Shown here one piece after another: positions 47,559-54,471 of a DNA stretch of 64,000 nt (positions within the stretch are counted from its first letter, which is position 1; the number at the start of each line of letters is the position of its first letter). Source of the DNA: a virus; IMG/VR virus record IMGVR_UViG_3300045988_175722, positions 32,001 through 96,000 of that record; one strand, written 5' to 3'. A program made the position numbers and the translations under genes. A model generated the notes under the pieces. The model was not told where the DNA came from. It saw only the letters and a program-made list of their open reading frames with translations, and ran no database searches.

Positions 47559-47718
47559 AAAGAACGCACGTCTGGAGCGTATGTATCAGCGCGGTTTCCG
47601 TCCACATCACGCCATGTGGATCGATACCTATAATAAGCAATATGGCAAAGATATTATCTATACTGTTTTAGCTGGTATCAGTAGTAGAAACCATTATTAC
47701 GTAGCAGTAGAACTATGA
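47551..47718 (+). CDS. TRD-like minigene T3 (55 aa, intact)
   Basis: MLKKNARLERMYQRGF...IIYTVLAGISSRNHYYVAVEL. Start and stop overlap the neighbouring minigenes. Confidence 0.4.
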   Translation: MLKKNARLERMYQRGFRPHHAMWIDTYNKQYGKDIIYTVLAGISSRNHYYVAVEL

Positions 47719-47863
47719 ATAGTAATCGCCCGATCATCCTCGGCTCTTATAGCCCATCCCAAAACGGCATTATCGTTCACCCTAAAGGTATCGCCCTATG
47801 CCTTTGTGGGGGGGCAAAGGGCATGATGTAGATAAACCGAAAATATTATTAGAGTATGAATAA
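47715..47863 (+). CDS. TRD-like minigene T4 (frame broken at G7; intact at G8)
   Basis: ...IVHPKGIALCLCGGGKGHDVDKPKILLEYE with 8 G. Confidence 0.45.
47808..47814. repeat. G7 homopolymer, breaks the frame
   Basis: In minigene T4. In frame at 8 nt. Confidence 0.95.
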
Positions 47864-48007
47864 GGTTATTCCTTTCGTAAAACGATTTAAGGAGCTATGC
47901 CCACGATTAGATGGTTACTCTACAGCCTTGTCATCAAGGTACGATGGATGGGGGGGCTGTACGACAACCACGGGCAGCATACTATGTTATTGTTAGTATA
48001 TGATTAA
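47856..48007 (+). CDS. TRD-like minigene T5 (frame broken at G7; intact at G8)
   Basis: MNKVIPFVKRFKELCPRLDGYSTALSSRYDGWGGLYDNHGQHTMLLLVYD with 8 G. Confidence 0.4.
47950..47956. repeat. G7 homopolymer, breaks the frame
   Basis: In minigene T5. In frame at 8 nt. Confidence 0.95.
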
Positions 48008-48144
48008 ATTGATAACAATCAATACCCCCCCCCATAATCTGTGGTGCTATCACTGCTCATTATTTTAAGGATGGGGTATCGAATATCCTTCCAAATACAA
48101 ACTCGCAGATAAAGGCTGCGGCAATATTAGCAGAGTATGAATAA
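48000..48144 (+). CDS. TRD-like minigene T6 (frame broken at C9; intact at C8)
   Basis: MIKLITINTPPIICGAITAHYFKDGVSNILPNTNSQIKAAAILAEYE with 8 C. Confidence 0.4.
48025..48033. repeat. C9 homopolymer, breaks the frame
   Basis: In minigene T6, context AATAC-C9. In frame at 8 nt. Confidence 0.95.
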
Positions 48145-48238
48145 GGTTATAATAGATAAAGGTAGCATTCCTCCTTCTGAAGAGAAAGAGGATGATTCTA
48201 ATGATATGCCGCCATTCGTATTGATAGAATATGATTAA
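48137..48238 (+). CDS. minigene T7 (33 aa, intact; tail motif only)
   Basis: MNKVIIDKGSIPPSEEKEDDSNDMPPFVLIEYD. It shares its first 20 nt with T5 and has the xLIEYD tail but no TRD-like core. Confidence 0.35.
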   Translation: MNKVIIDKGSIPPSEEKEDDSNDMPPFVLIEYD

Positions 48239-48407
48239 GATATTAGCCATTCACGAGGCAAGAACAGAGCACGCCAAGGAAGTACGCAAGCAGACTGGTA
48301 CCAACGATTATCGGGATAAAGCCGTCTTCTTCCGTGATAGTCCTTTGATGCAGTGCATCGGTACTTTCTCCACAAAGGATAATCTTCTTGCCTTCAGATA
48401 TGAATAA
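48231..48407 (+). CDS. TRD-like minigene T8 (58 aa, intact)
   Basis: IHEARTEHAKEVRKQTGTNDYRDKAVFFRDSPLMQCIGTFSTKDNLLAFRYE, of the RTExAK...TKDNLL flavour seen in many C5-MTase variable regions. Confidence 0.5.
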   Translation: MIKILAIHEARTEHAKEVRKQTGTNDYRDKAVFFRDSPLMQCIGTFSTKDNLLAFRYE

Positions 48408-48416
48408 AGAAAAGTT

Positions 48417-48581
48417 ATGAACGAAATACATCCGATAGTAGTAGGCTTGCTGAATACGCCTCCCTTTGACAAGCGCTTCGCCCAGATAAGGCGAGTGTTC
48501 GCTATCCAAGGTCTAGCGCCTACTTGCGATACTTGTGGGGGGGGCGGTACTCAGCCCAAGATACTGGTGGAGTATGATTAG
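48417..48581 (+). CDS. TRD-like minigene T9 (54 aa, intact, G8 in frame)
   Basis: ...RRVFAIQGLAPTCDTCGGGGTQPKILVEYD, a close match to the RxY..G..PTL....GGG...I pattern found before motif IX in C5-MTases. Confidence 0.5.
   Translation: MNEIHPIVVGLLNTPPFDKRFAQIRRVFAIQGLAPTCDTCGGGGTQPKILVEYD
48537..48544. repeat. G8 homopolymer, in frame
   Basis: In minigene T9, coding GGGG. Confidence 0.95.
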
Positions 48582-48756
48582 GCAAGCCATCATTACCCAC
48601 TATCGAACCGAAGAAGCGAAGGCATATCGCAAGATACACGGCGACAGAGGCGGTTGCCGTTATCAGGATAAGTATCATCGCCCAAGTCCCTACCCCTGGA
48701 GTAACTGCATTTCCACCGTAACAAAAGATAATCTTTTATGGCAACAATACGAATAA
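48574..48756 (+). CDS. TRD-like minigene T10 (60 aa, intact)
   Basis: MIRQAIITHYRTEEAKAYRKIHGDRGGCRYQDKYHRPSPYPWSNCISTVTKDNLLWQQYE (C-terminal part of track ORF 48535-48756). Confidence 0.5.
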   Translation: MIRQAIITHYRTEEAKAYRKIHGDRGGCRYQDKYHRPSPYPWSNCISTVTKDNLLWQQYE

Positions 48757-48896
48757 GAACCTGCGCAAGCAGAGGCAGAGCCGATGGTGATTGGTACTAC
48801 AACCCTCACTCCCAAAGGTTAGAAATTGGGGGAAGCATCAGTAATGCCATCTCCTCCATCGCTAAGGATTTTATGATTATCATTGAACACCGCTAG
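48738..48896 (+). CDS. TRD-like minigene T11 (52 aa, intact)
   Basis: MATIRIRTCASRGRADGDWYYNPHSQRLEIGGSISNAISSIAKDFMIIIEHR. It overlaps T10 by 19 nt, and its stop lies in the first iteron of palindrome cluster X. Confidence 0.4.
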   Translation: MATIRIRTCASRGRADGDWYYNPHSQRLEIGGSISNAISSIAKDFMIIIEHR

Positions 48897-49085
48897 GCGC
48901 TCGGCGGATTTGAAATCCGCCGTTAAAAAATGTCCTAACCTTTTTAGGCTCTGCGGATTTGAAATCCGCAGCAAGCAAGATTGTATCAAAGAATAGGGGG
49001 ATTACAGATCCCCCAGTTTAATAGGTCGAACCTTTTTTGACGGTGGATTTCAAATCCGCCGGAACGCCTAACGGAAGACTTTGTC
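48891..49085. repeat. composite palindrome cluster X (four GC-stem palindromes flanked by one iteron on each side)
   Basis: CGCTAGGCGCTC, GGCGGATTTGAAATCCGCC, TGCGGATTTGAAATCCGCA, GGGGGATTACAGATCCCCC, GGTGGATTTCAAATCCGCC, GGAACGCCTAACGGAAGAC. It is the reverse complement of the core of cluster Y. Confidence 0.85.
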
Positions 49086-49116
49086 CCCATCAAAACCACA
49101 AAAAGCCCTAACTTTA
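49080..49116 (+). promoter_or_regulatory. Bacteroidota-type promoter, imperfect (-33 TTTGTCCCC, -7 TAACTTTA)
   Basis: It has the same 25-nt spacing, and the -7 box differs from consensus at its last base. It abuts cluster X, upstream of the portal gene. Confidence 0.55.
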
Positions 49117-49207
49117 CACTCAGAAACAAGAGAAAAGCGGGCGTGCGTATATCGCCGCCCTTCTCTCTTCCATCACATTCAGGATAACATAAAAAAGAAA
49201 CGCAAAA

Positions 49208-51049
49208 ATGGCAAGCAAAAACAAAAACAGAGTAACCAACTTGCAGCAGTTCCAAAATCGTAGTGAGGAACTGAAAGATGCAGGCTACGTAGCCGTTCGC
49301 CCAGATGCCTTTACGTCGCCAAAGAACGGCGGCAATAAGGTCTTTTCCTGGAACGGCTACGTTCACAGCATGCTCCTAACCACAGCCGGTATGTCGGCAA
49401 GCGGTGGCGATGCAAGCGGTTCTGCAGCACGTCAGCAAGTCTCAACTATCTTTGCATCGAGTGGCGGCGAGAACCTGGGCAAACCGAAAGGCGTAGGTAC
49501 CGAAGGCTTAGGCTTTATGGAATGGGGTATGGCAAACCGACTGCCAAACCTTATCTGGATGCTCTCTCGCATGTCGCCTTTCACCGCAGCAGGAGTAGAT
49601 TACATCAAGAAAATATTGGTAGGTCGCGGTCCCGCAGCCAAGTATCACTACACCCAGTACGTAGGCGGTAACATCACAGAAAAATATATCCCCTACGAGA
49701 GTGCCGGAGTTTTGCTCCGTGGGCAGATAGCCGACCTGAAAGCCCAGGAAGAGGCAGCCGCCGAAGCCAAGCGCCAAAGAGAAGAGCAGCAGAACCGAAA
49801 CAACCAGCAGAACCCCAATGAGCAATCTCAGCAGTCAGAGCCACCGTTCCATGCGATTCCATCGCAGGTCTCCTCATCCCCCGAAGAAGAGGAAAGCGAG
49901 GAGATGAAATCCCTAAAAGAAGCTCTCCAAAAATGGGAAGAAACCAATGCCCAGCTTCGTGATTTCCTAGAAAACAACGACCTGATGCAGACCTTCCTCG
50001 ACCTGGCAGGCGATATGGCTTTGATGTCACAATGCTTTGTAGAACTTCAGCTCAACCAGCGTTCCCTCGACGAGAGCGGCAAAGCCGTTCCCACCGCTCA
50101 ATGGACTCCGAAGGTGATCGGCCTAAAGCACCGTAGTATCTTCACCACTCGCCTGGAGCGCATGGATGAGAACTACCGCATCAACTATGCCTACGTGAGC
50201 AATCAATGGCTCGACCCTACCCAATACGTCGGCGTACAGAAAGAGGAAGACCGCAAGATAGCTGCTATTCCTTATCTCCCTACCACATCGGCAGTAAAGG
50301 ATTTGCAGCGCAATATCCGTGAGGCACGTCAGAAGCAGGTAAGCCGCAAGAAACGCCCTACCCGCTTCATTATGTCGCCAAGAGATTTTGGCGGTCCCTA
50401 TTATGCCGATGCCCTTTGGCATTCAATCTTTGCCGGTAGCATTTTTGAGTATGCCTTTACTATCGTGGATGACCGCCTTACCCGAAAGCGCAACAGCAAT
50501 ATCATCGGTAGAGTTATCTATATCCATCAGGACTACATCAATAAGCTCTATCAGCAGCAGGGCGAACAGAAGAAGAAAACCATCGGTGAGATTCAGATCG
50601 AAATCTTCACCTCTATCAATACCTGGCTCGCCAATCCCGATAATGCAGGTCAGGCGCTCATCTCCTCTGCCTTCACGGGCAGCGACGGAAAGGAGCACAA
50701 GGCTTGGGAAATCGTGGAAATCGAAACCAAGGCAAACGATCAGGCAAATGCCGATAAAACCGAGTTGCAGGAAATAAGCAGCATTATCTTCTTTGCCATG
50801 GGTCTTGATGCAAAGCTCATCGGTAATACTCCTGGCGATACGGCATCATCGGGCGGTACCGACCTGAGAGAACGTTTCCTAGTCAAGCAAATCCAGTTTG
50901 CTCCATTGCAGCAATTAATGATACGTCCTCTGGAAGTTTTGAGCCGTTTTAACGATTGGGATGAGCACCTGGTATGGCAGATAGATCGAGAGGTATTGAC
51001 CACCCTCGACAACTCAAAAACCGGAGTTGCAAAGCAGGGGCAGGAATAG
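49208..51049 (+). CDS. portal protein (putative)
   Basis: 613 aa, first gene after a consensus promoter. The N-terminal WGMANRLPNLIWMLSRMSPFTAAGVDYIKKILVGRG resembles a pattern I associate with portal proteins of Bacteroidota phages. It contains an acidic insertion carrying a divergent hairpin motif copy. Confidence 0.6.
   Translation: MASKNKNRVTNLQQFQNRSEELKDAGYVAVRPDAFTSPKNGGNKVFSWNGYVHSMLLTTAGMSASGGDASGSAARQQVSTIFASSGGENLGKPKGVGTEGLGFMEWGMANRLPNLIWMLSRMSPFTAAGVDYIKKILVGRGPAAKYHYTQYVGGNITEKYIPYESAGVLLRGQIADLKAQEEAAAEAKRQREEQQNRNNQQNPNEQSQQSEPPFHAIPSQVSSSPEEEESEEMKSLKEALQKWEETNAQLRDFLENNDLMQTFLDLAGDMALMSQCFVELQLNQRSLDESGKAVPTAQWTPKVIGLKHRSIFTTRLERMDENYRINYAYVSNQWLDPTQYVGVQKEEDRKIAAIPYLPTTSAVKDLQRNIREARQKQVSRKKRPTRFIMSPRDFGGPYYADALWHSIFAGSIFEYAFTIVDDRLTRKRNSNIIGRVIYIHQDYINKLYQQQGEQKKKTIGEIQIEIFTSINTWLANPDNAGQALISSAFTGSDGKEHKAWEIVEIETKANDQANADKTELQEISSIIFFAMGLDAKLIGNTPGDTASSGGTDLRERFLVKQIQFAPLQQLMIRPLEVLSRFNDWDEHLVWQIDREVLTTLDNSKTGVAKQGQE
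49840..49870 (+). repeat. 32-nt hairpin motif, copy 12 (intragenic, divergent)
   Basis: CCACCGTTCCATGCGATTCCATCGCAGGTC inside the putative portal ORF. The stem TGCGAT/ATCGCA shows an A-T to T-A swap. Confidence 0.7.
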
Positions 51050-51086
51050 CCACTATGGTGCGATAACCGCTCCATAGCCCCCTCTC

Positions 51087-51118
51087 GCCCCCGTCCCCAG
51101 CGATTCCATCGCTGGTCC
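51087..51118 (+). repeat. 32-nt hairpin motif, copy 13
   Basis: GCCCCCGTCCCCAGCGATTCCATCGCTGGTCC, between the portal stop and the ATG at 51150. Confidence 0.9.
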
Positions 51119-51149
51119 CATATTATAATAACGTAAAAGCAAAAAGAAA

Positions 51150-52391
51150 ATGATAATCTCTACGAACCAAGAATTGCGTCTTCACGTTCCTAGCAACGCA
51201 ATCGACGATATAGCCACTATCCAGGGCATACTGGATAACAGCGAAAAAGATGTACTGAAGGATAAGCTCGGCGCATCACTCTATAACCGCCTGTGTGAGG
51301 AATACAAGAAGCTCGACCCGCTCGATTTCTACAACCACGTGCAGGATGGTACCTACATTCAATACCCTTGGGAAGAACTTCTGCTGAACGCCCAGCGTGT
51401 AGTAGCTAACGAGGCGATGGCTCGCTTTGCCTATCAGCAGGTTATTTCTATCAATGGCGCAGGAGTCAACATCGCTTCCAGCAACGACTACGATGCAGCC
51501 AGTGAAAAGCTGCTGGATAAGGGTGTAGCCGGATATAAGAAGGAAGCCATGGTTTCCCTCAATAACCTTCTGCTCATGCTCGAAAATATGGCGAAGATGG
51601 TGAAGACTTCGGCGAAAATTGCAGGCACGAATAATACGGAACATGCAGATTCAGAAAGTTCTGAAACACCAAAGAACGAGAGTTCCGAAGTGCAAAAGGA
51701 CGATAGTACTAACGTACCAAAGAACAATAATACTAATGTACCAAAGAGTGACAGTACGAAAGGCGATGATACGAAAGGCGATGGTGACACAGAAGGAACA
51801 CCCTCTCAGCCTACCAAGGACGAAATTCACGCCGCTCTAGAAGATATTATTCTCTTGTGGCAAGAAAGCCGATATTACTATCTGCATCATGATCTCCTCA
51901 TCCCAACCTGCGAAATCATGCAGCAGTATCTCGACATCTACGATAGCCGGGATAAGTTCATTCGTCTCATCCCAGATATGCTTTTTATTCAGAGCGAGTA
52001 TCTGGAAGAAGCTTTTGGCGAAGATTTCATTCCTCGCCTCTTGCAGGCCGATGAAAACGACAAGATGCTGAAGAAGGCACGCCAACTTGTAGTGGCTTAT
52101 CTCAAAGAGCGTACATCAGTCATTAATTTCGATAAGCTAGCCCGCTCCACAGCTCATAACGATGCCGTCACCGTAAGAGAAAGCATCCATCGGTTGCTGA
52201 AGAAAGAGGAAGCCGAGGCACAAGCCAAACTCGATGCAGCCAAAGCTGATAGTGCCACAGAAGGCGGCAATTCTTCCTCATCTACGAGTAACGCCTCCGG
52301 CGTTTCCCCATCGGGCAGCAAGGATAGCAATGAAGGTTACGAGAACAATCAAAAAGGTTCTCGCATCTTCGTAACCCCTATCCTGTGCTAA
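51150..52391 (+). CDS. hypothetical virion-associated protein
   Basis: 413-aa ORF after the portal gene, with a low-complexity acidic S/T/N-rich middle region. Confidence 0.6.
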   Translation: MIISTNQELRLHVPSNAIDDIATIQGILDNSEKDVLKDKLGASLYNRLCEEYKKLDPLDFYNHVQDGTYIQYPWEELLLNAQRVVANEAMARFAYQQVISINGAGVNIASSNDYDAASEKLLDKGVAGYKKEAMVSLNNLLLMLENMAKMVKTSAKIAGTNNTEHADSESSETPKNESSEVQKDDSTNVPKNNNTNVPKSDSTKGDDTKGDGDTEGTPSQPTKDEIHAALEDIILLWQESRYYYLHHDLLIPTCEIMQQYLDIYDSRDKFIRLIPDMLFIQSEYLEEAFGEDFIPRLLQADENDKMLKKARQLVVAYLKERTSVINFDKLARSTAHNDAVTVRESIHRLLKKEEAEAQAKLDAAKADSATEGGNSSSSTSNASGVSPSGSKDSNEGYENNQKGSRIFVTPILC

Positions 52392-52526
52392 AAAAAAGCT
52401 TATTTTCGCTTTTGTGTCGCATCAAGCGCTTTCAAAACCGCTTAATTTGACGTTTAATCGGGAATCAAGCTAAAAATAGGCAAAAAATATTCTTAATTTT
52501 CAAATAAGCAACAAAAAAAAGGATTT

Positions 52527-53618
52527 ATGGAAAATTTATCTAAAGAACAGATTGTTCAGATTCTTGCCCCTGTCATTGGAGCCAGAATGCTTACCGCCGA
52601 TCAGCGAGATGCTTTCGAGCAGGGTCTTTCCATTTTGGAAAGTACCACCAAGGCAAAATCATTTGTAAAAGACTCACGCCGATTTAAAGACTACCATCGC
52701 CGTGTGCGTCAGATGATAACTTATCTGCAAACCCTCGATGCCAGCAGCGCAGTTTCTGCCACCGATAAGCGACGTGTGGGCAGACCGACAAAAGAGGAAC
52801 AGGCAGCCTATGCCGAGCTCCAAAAGCAGAAAGCCCTGGAAGAGGCAAAGCAATCCCTCTTCCCTAACATGAAGCCCGACACCACCGTGCAGCCGCTTAC
52901 TTACAATGGTATCGTAGCCAATCCAAACGGCGAGAGCATCGCAGCCACCATGCCAAACCTGATGCAGTTGCGTCCGTTCCTCTCTACCGCTCTTCAAGAG
53001 CAGGTGAACAACGTGCGTGATCTCCGCAGCGAAATGGCGAGCAAAGCAGAGCAGGCTAAGACGATGGCAGAAGCCAACGAGAAAGCTATCTCACAAGGTA
53101 AGAGCGCCATCTACACCGAGGATGAGATTGCCGCTCTCGCCACAAGAGCCGTAGAAATCGAGAGCGATATTCTCCCCGAAATCTTCAAGGCAGTAGATAG
53201 AGAGATGGGTGAGTGCTACCTGCGACTGAGCGAGAAGACCGGAGACCCTGAGTATATCGCCTATGCAAAGAAGGCCTTCACCATCGACCCTCAGACCCTC
53301 CGCACCCAGTTTAAGCCATTCTACGAGAAAGCGCAGTCTCGTGACCCTCGTTTCGCCGAGCAGGTAGCCGAGAAGATTGCCAGCGACCGCCCCGAAGTAA
53401 AGGCAGCCCGTGATGCAGCCGCCAAGCACAAGGCAGAAGCCGATGCCCTTATCAAGTACATCATCCGCAAGGATAAACCATCTACCAAGACAAGAGTAAA
53501 AGGCATCAAGGGCCGTATCGACGATCTCCGCAACAAATACTCCGACGTAGTAACCGAGGAGGAACTAAAAGGCTATGAAGCCATCCTCGCCAAAACAGAA
53601 GAGGAAAGTGCGTCTTAG
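52527..53618 (+). CDS. hypothetical protein (helical, A/K/E-rich)
   Basis: 363-aa co-oriented ORF. Confidence 0.6.
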   Translation: MENLSKEQIVQILAPVIGARMLTADQRDAFEQGLSILESTTKAKSFVKDSRRFKDYHRRVRQMITYLQTLDASSAVSATDKRRVGRPTKEEQAAYAELQKQKALEEAKQSLFPNMKPDTTVQPLTYNGIVANPNGESIAATMPNLMQLRPFLSTALQEQVNNVRDLRSEMASKAEQAKTMAEANEKAISQGKSAIYTEDEIAALATRAVEIESDILPEIFKAVDREMGECYLRLSEKTGDPEYIAYAKKAFTIDPQTLRTQFKPFYEKAQSRDPRFAEQVAEKIASDRPEVKAARDAAAKHKAEADALIKYIIRKDKPSTKTRVKGIKGRIDDLRNKYSDVVTEEELKGYEAILAKTEEESAS

Positions 53619-53651
53619 AAATACAAAAGGCAAGAAGCGTCTTGCTAGCTT

Positions 53652-53683
53652 GCACCACCGTTCCCAGCGATTCCATCGCTGGG
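53652..53683 (+). repeat. 32-nt hairpin motif, copy 14
   Basis: GCACCACCGTTCCCAGCGATTCCATCGCTGGG followed by TTCTTTTTT and the promoter -33 box. Confidence 0.9.
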
Positions 53684-53689
53684 TTCTTT

Positions 53690-53726
53690 TTTGTCCCCCC
53701 TAATAAGAAAAAATCTCCTATCTTTG
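53690..53726 (+). promoter_or_regulatory. Bacteroidota-type promoter (-33 TTTGTCCCCCC, -7 TATCTTTG)
   Basis: TTTG at 53690-53693 and TATCTTTG at 53719-53726. Directly after hairpin motif copy 14. Confidence 0.7.
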
Positions 53727-53750
53727 CCTTATAAATAAAAAGAAAAAGCA

Positions 53751-54428
53751 ATGGCAAAAAATAAAGAAACCCCCGAACAGCGCACCCAGCGGTTCAAATC
53801 CCTCTGCATCGGCATCCTTGCCCAGAGCGGCAACTGCCAGGAATCGCAGTCAGCTTTCCATCGGGCAGAATCCATCCCCGATATGTGCGAGGCGTGGCGC
53901 AAGTACTGGCACGGTTTAATCACTGAGGTGCCGCAGCAGGTAATAGATGCTTTCAAGGCGGTTTATCCTGAATTTAAGGCAGATATAAACCGAGGCGGTA
54001 TCTTTTACAACGAAGACTCGCCCACCGGAAACGTTCTTGTGGGCGATACCGATGAAATTATCCATCTCTACTCCTCCCGAAAGATATACATCCTCGGTAA
54101 GGCGCACGTGGTGCTCCATAATGCCGCCACTGCCATCGCCATGAACCCCCACTGCAAGGTAGAACTCTACGATGGCAGCAAGGCAACGCTGAAGGCAGGT
54201 TACGGCATAGCCCACAACTATGCCCACCTGGTAACTTGCGGCGAAGCCGAGTGTTACGACCAGAGTGTGGTTTTCATTACCGATGGCACCCTTCACGACT
54301 ACGGGCACAAGAAAATCAACGCCTTCGGTAATGCCCTGGTGGACACCTTTACCCATCGTCTGATTGACACCTACGATAGGGCGAGAATTGAAGTAAGGAA
54401 GCAGCCATCAGAACCATTCATCGTATGA
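53751..54428 (+). CDS. hypothetical protein
   Basis: 225-aa ORF downstream of a consensus promoter. Confidence 0.6.
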   Translation: MAKNKETPEQRTQRFKSLCIGILAQSGNCQESQSAFHRAESIPDMCEAWRKYWHGLITEVPQQVIDAFKAVYPEFKADINRGGIFYNEDSPTGNVLVGDTDEIIHLYSSRKIYILGKAHVVLHNAATAIAMNPHCKVELYDGSKATLKAGYGIAHNYAHLVTCGEAECYDQSVVFITDGTLHDYGHKKINAFGNALVDTFTHRLIDTYDRARIEVRKQPSEPFIV

Positions 54429-54471
54429 TGAAGCATTCACAGATAAACATCAAAGAAATAAACACCAGAAA

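Noticed and set aside
45290-48896. A recombinase-driven shufflon or inversion system exchanging the TRD cassettes
   Set aside because: All cassettes are in the same orientation. No inverted repeats flank them and no recombinase or invertase gene was recognised in the window. Homopolymer slippage explains the broken frames more simply. Homologous exchange at the conserved junctions remains possible.
48891-49085. tRNA genes in palindrome clusters X, Y and Z (5-bp stems with 7-nt TT-NNN-AA loops resembling anticodon arms, including a TCA loop that would read UGA)
   Set aside because: I could not draw an acceptor stem, D-arm or T-arm (no GTTCGAATC-like T-loop with a paired stem) around any of the hairpins. 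The loops are near-palindromic, so the apparent anticodons are a by-product of dyad symmetry.
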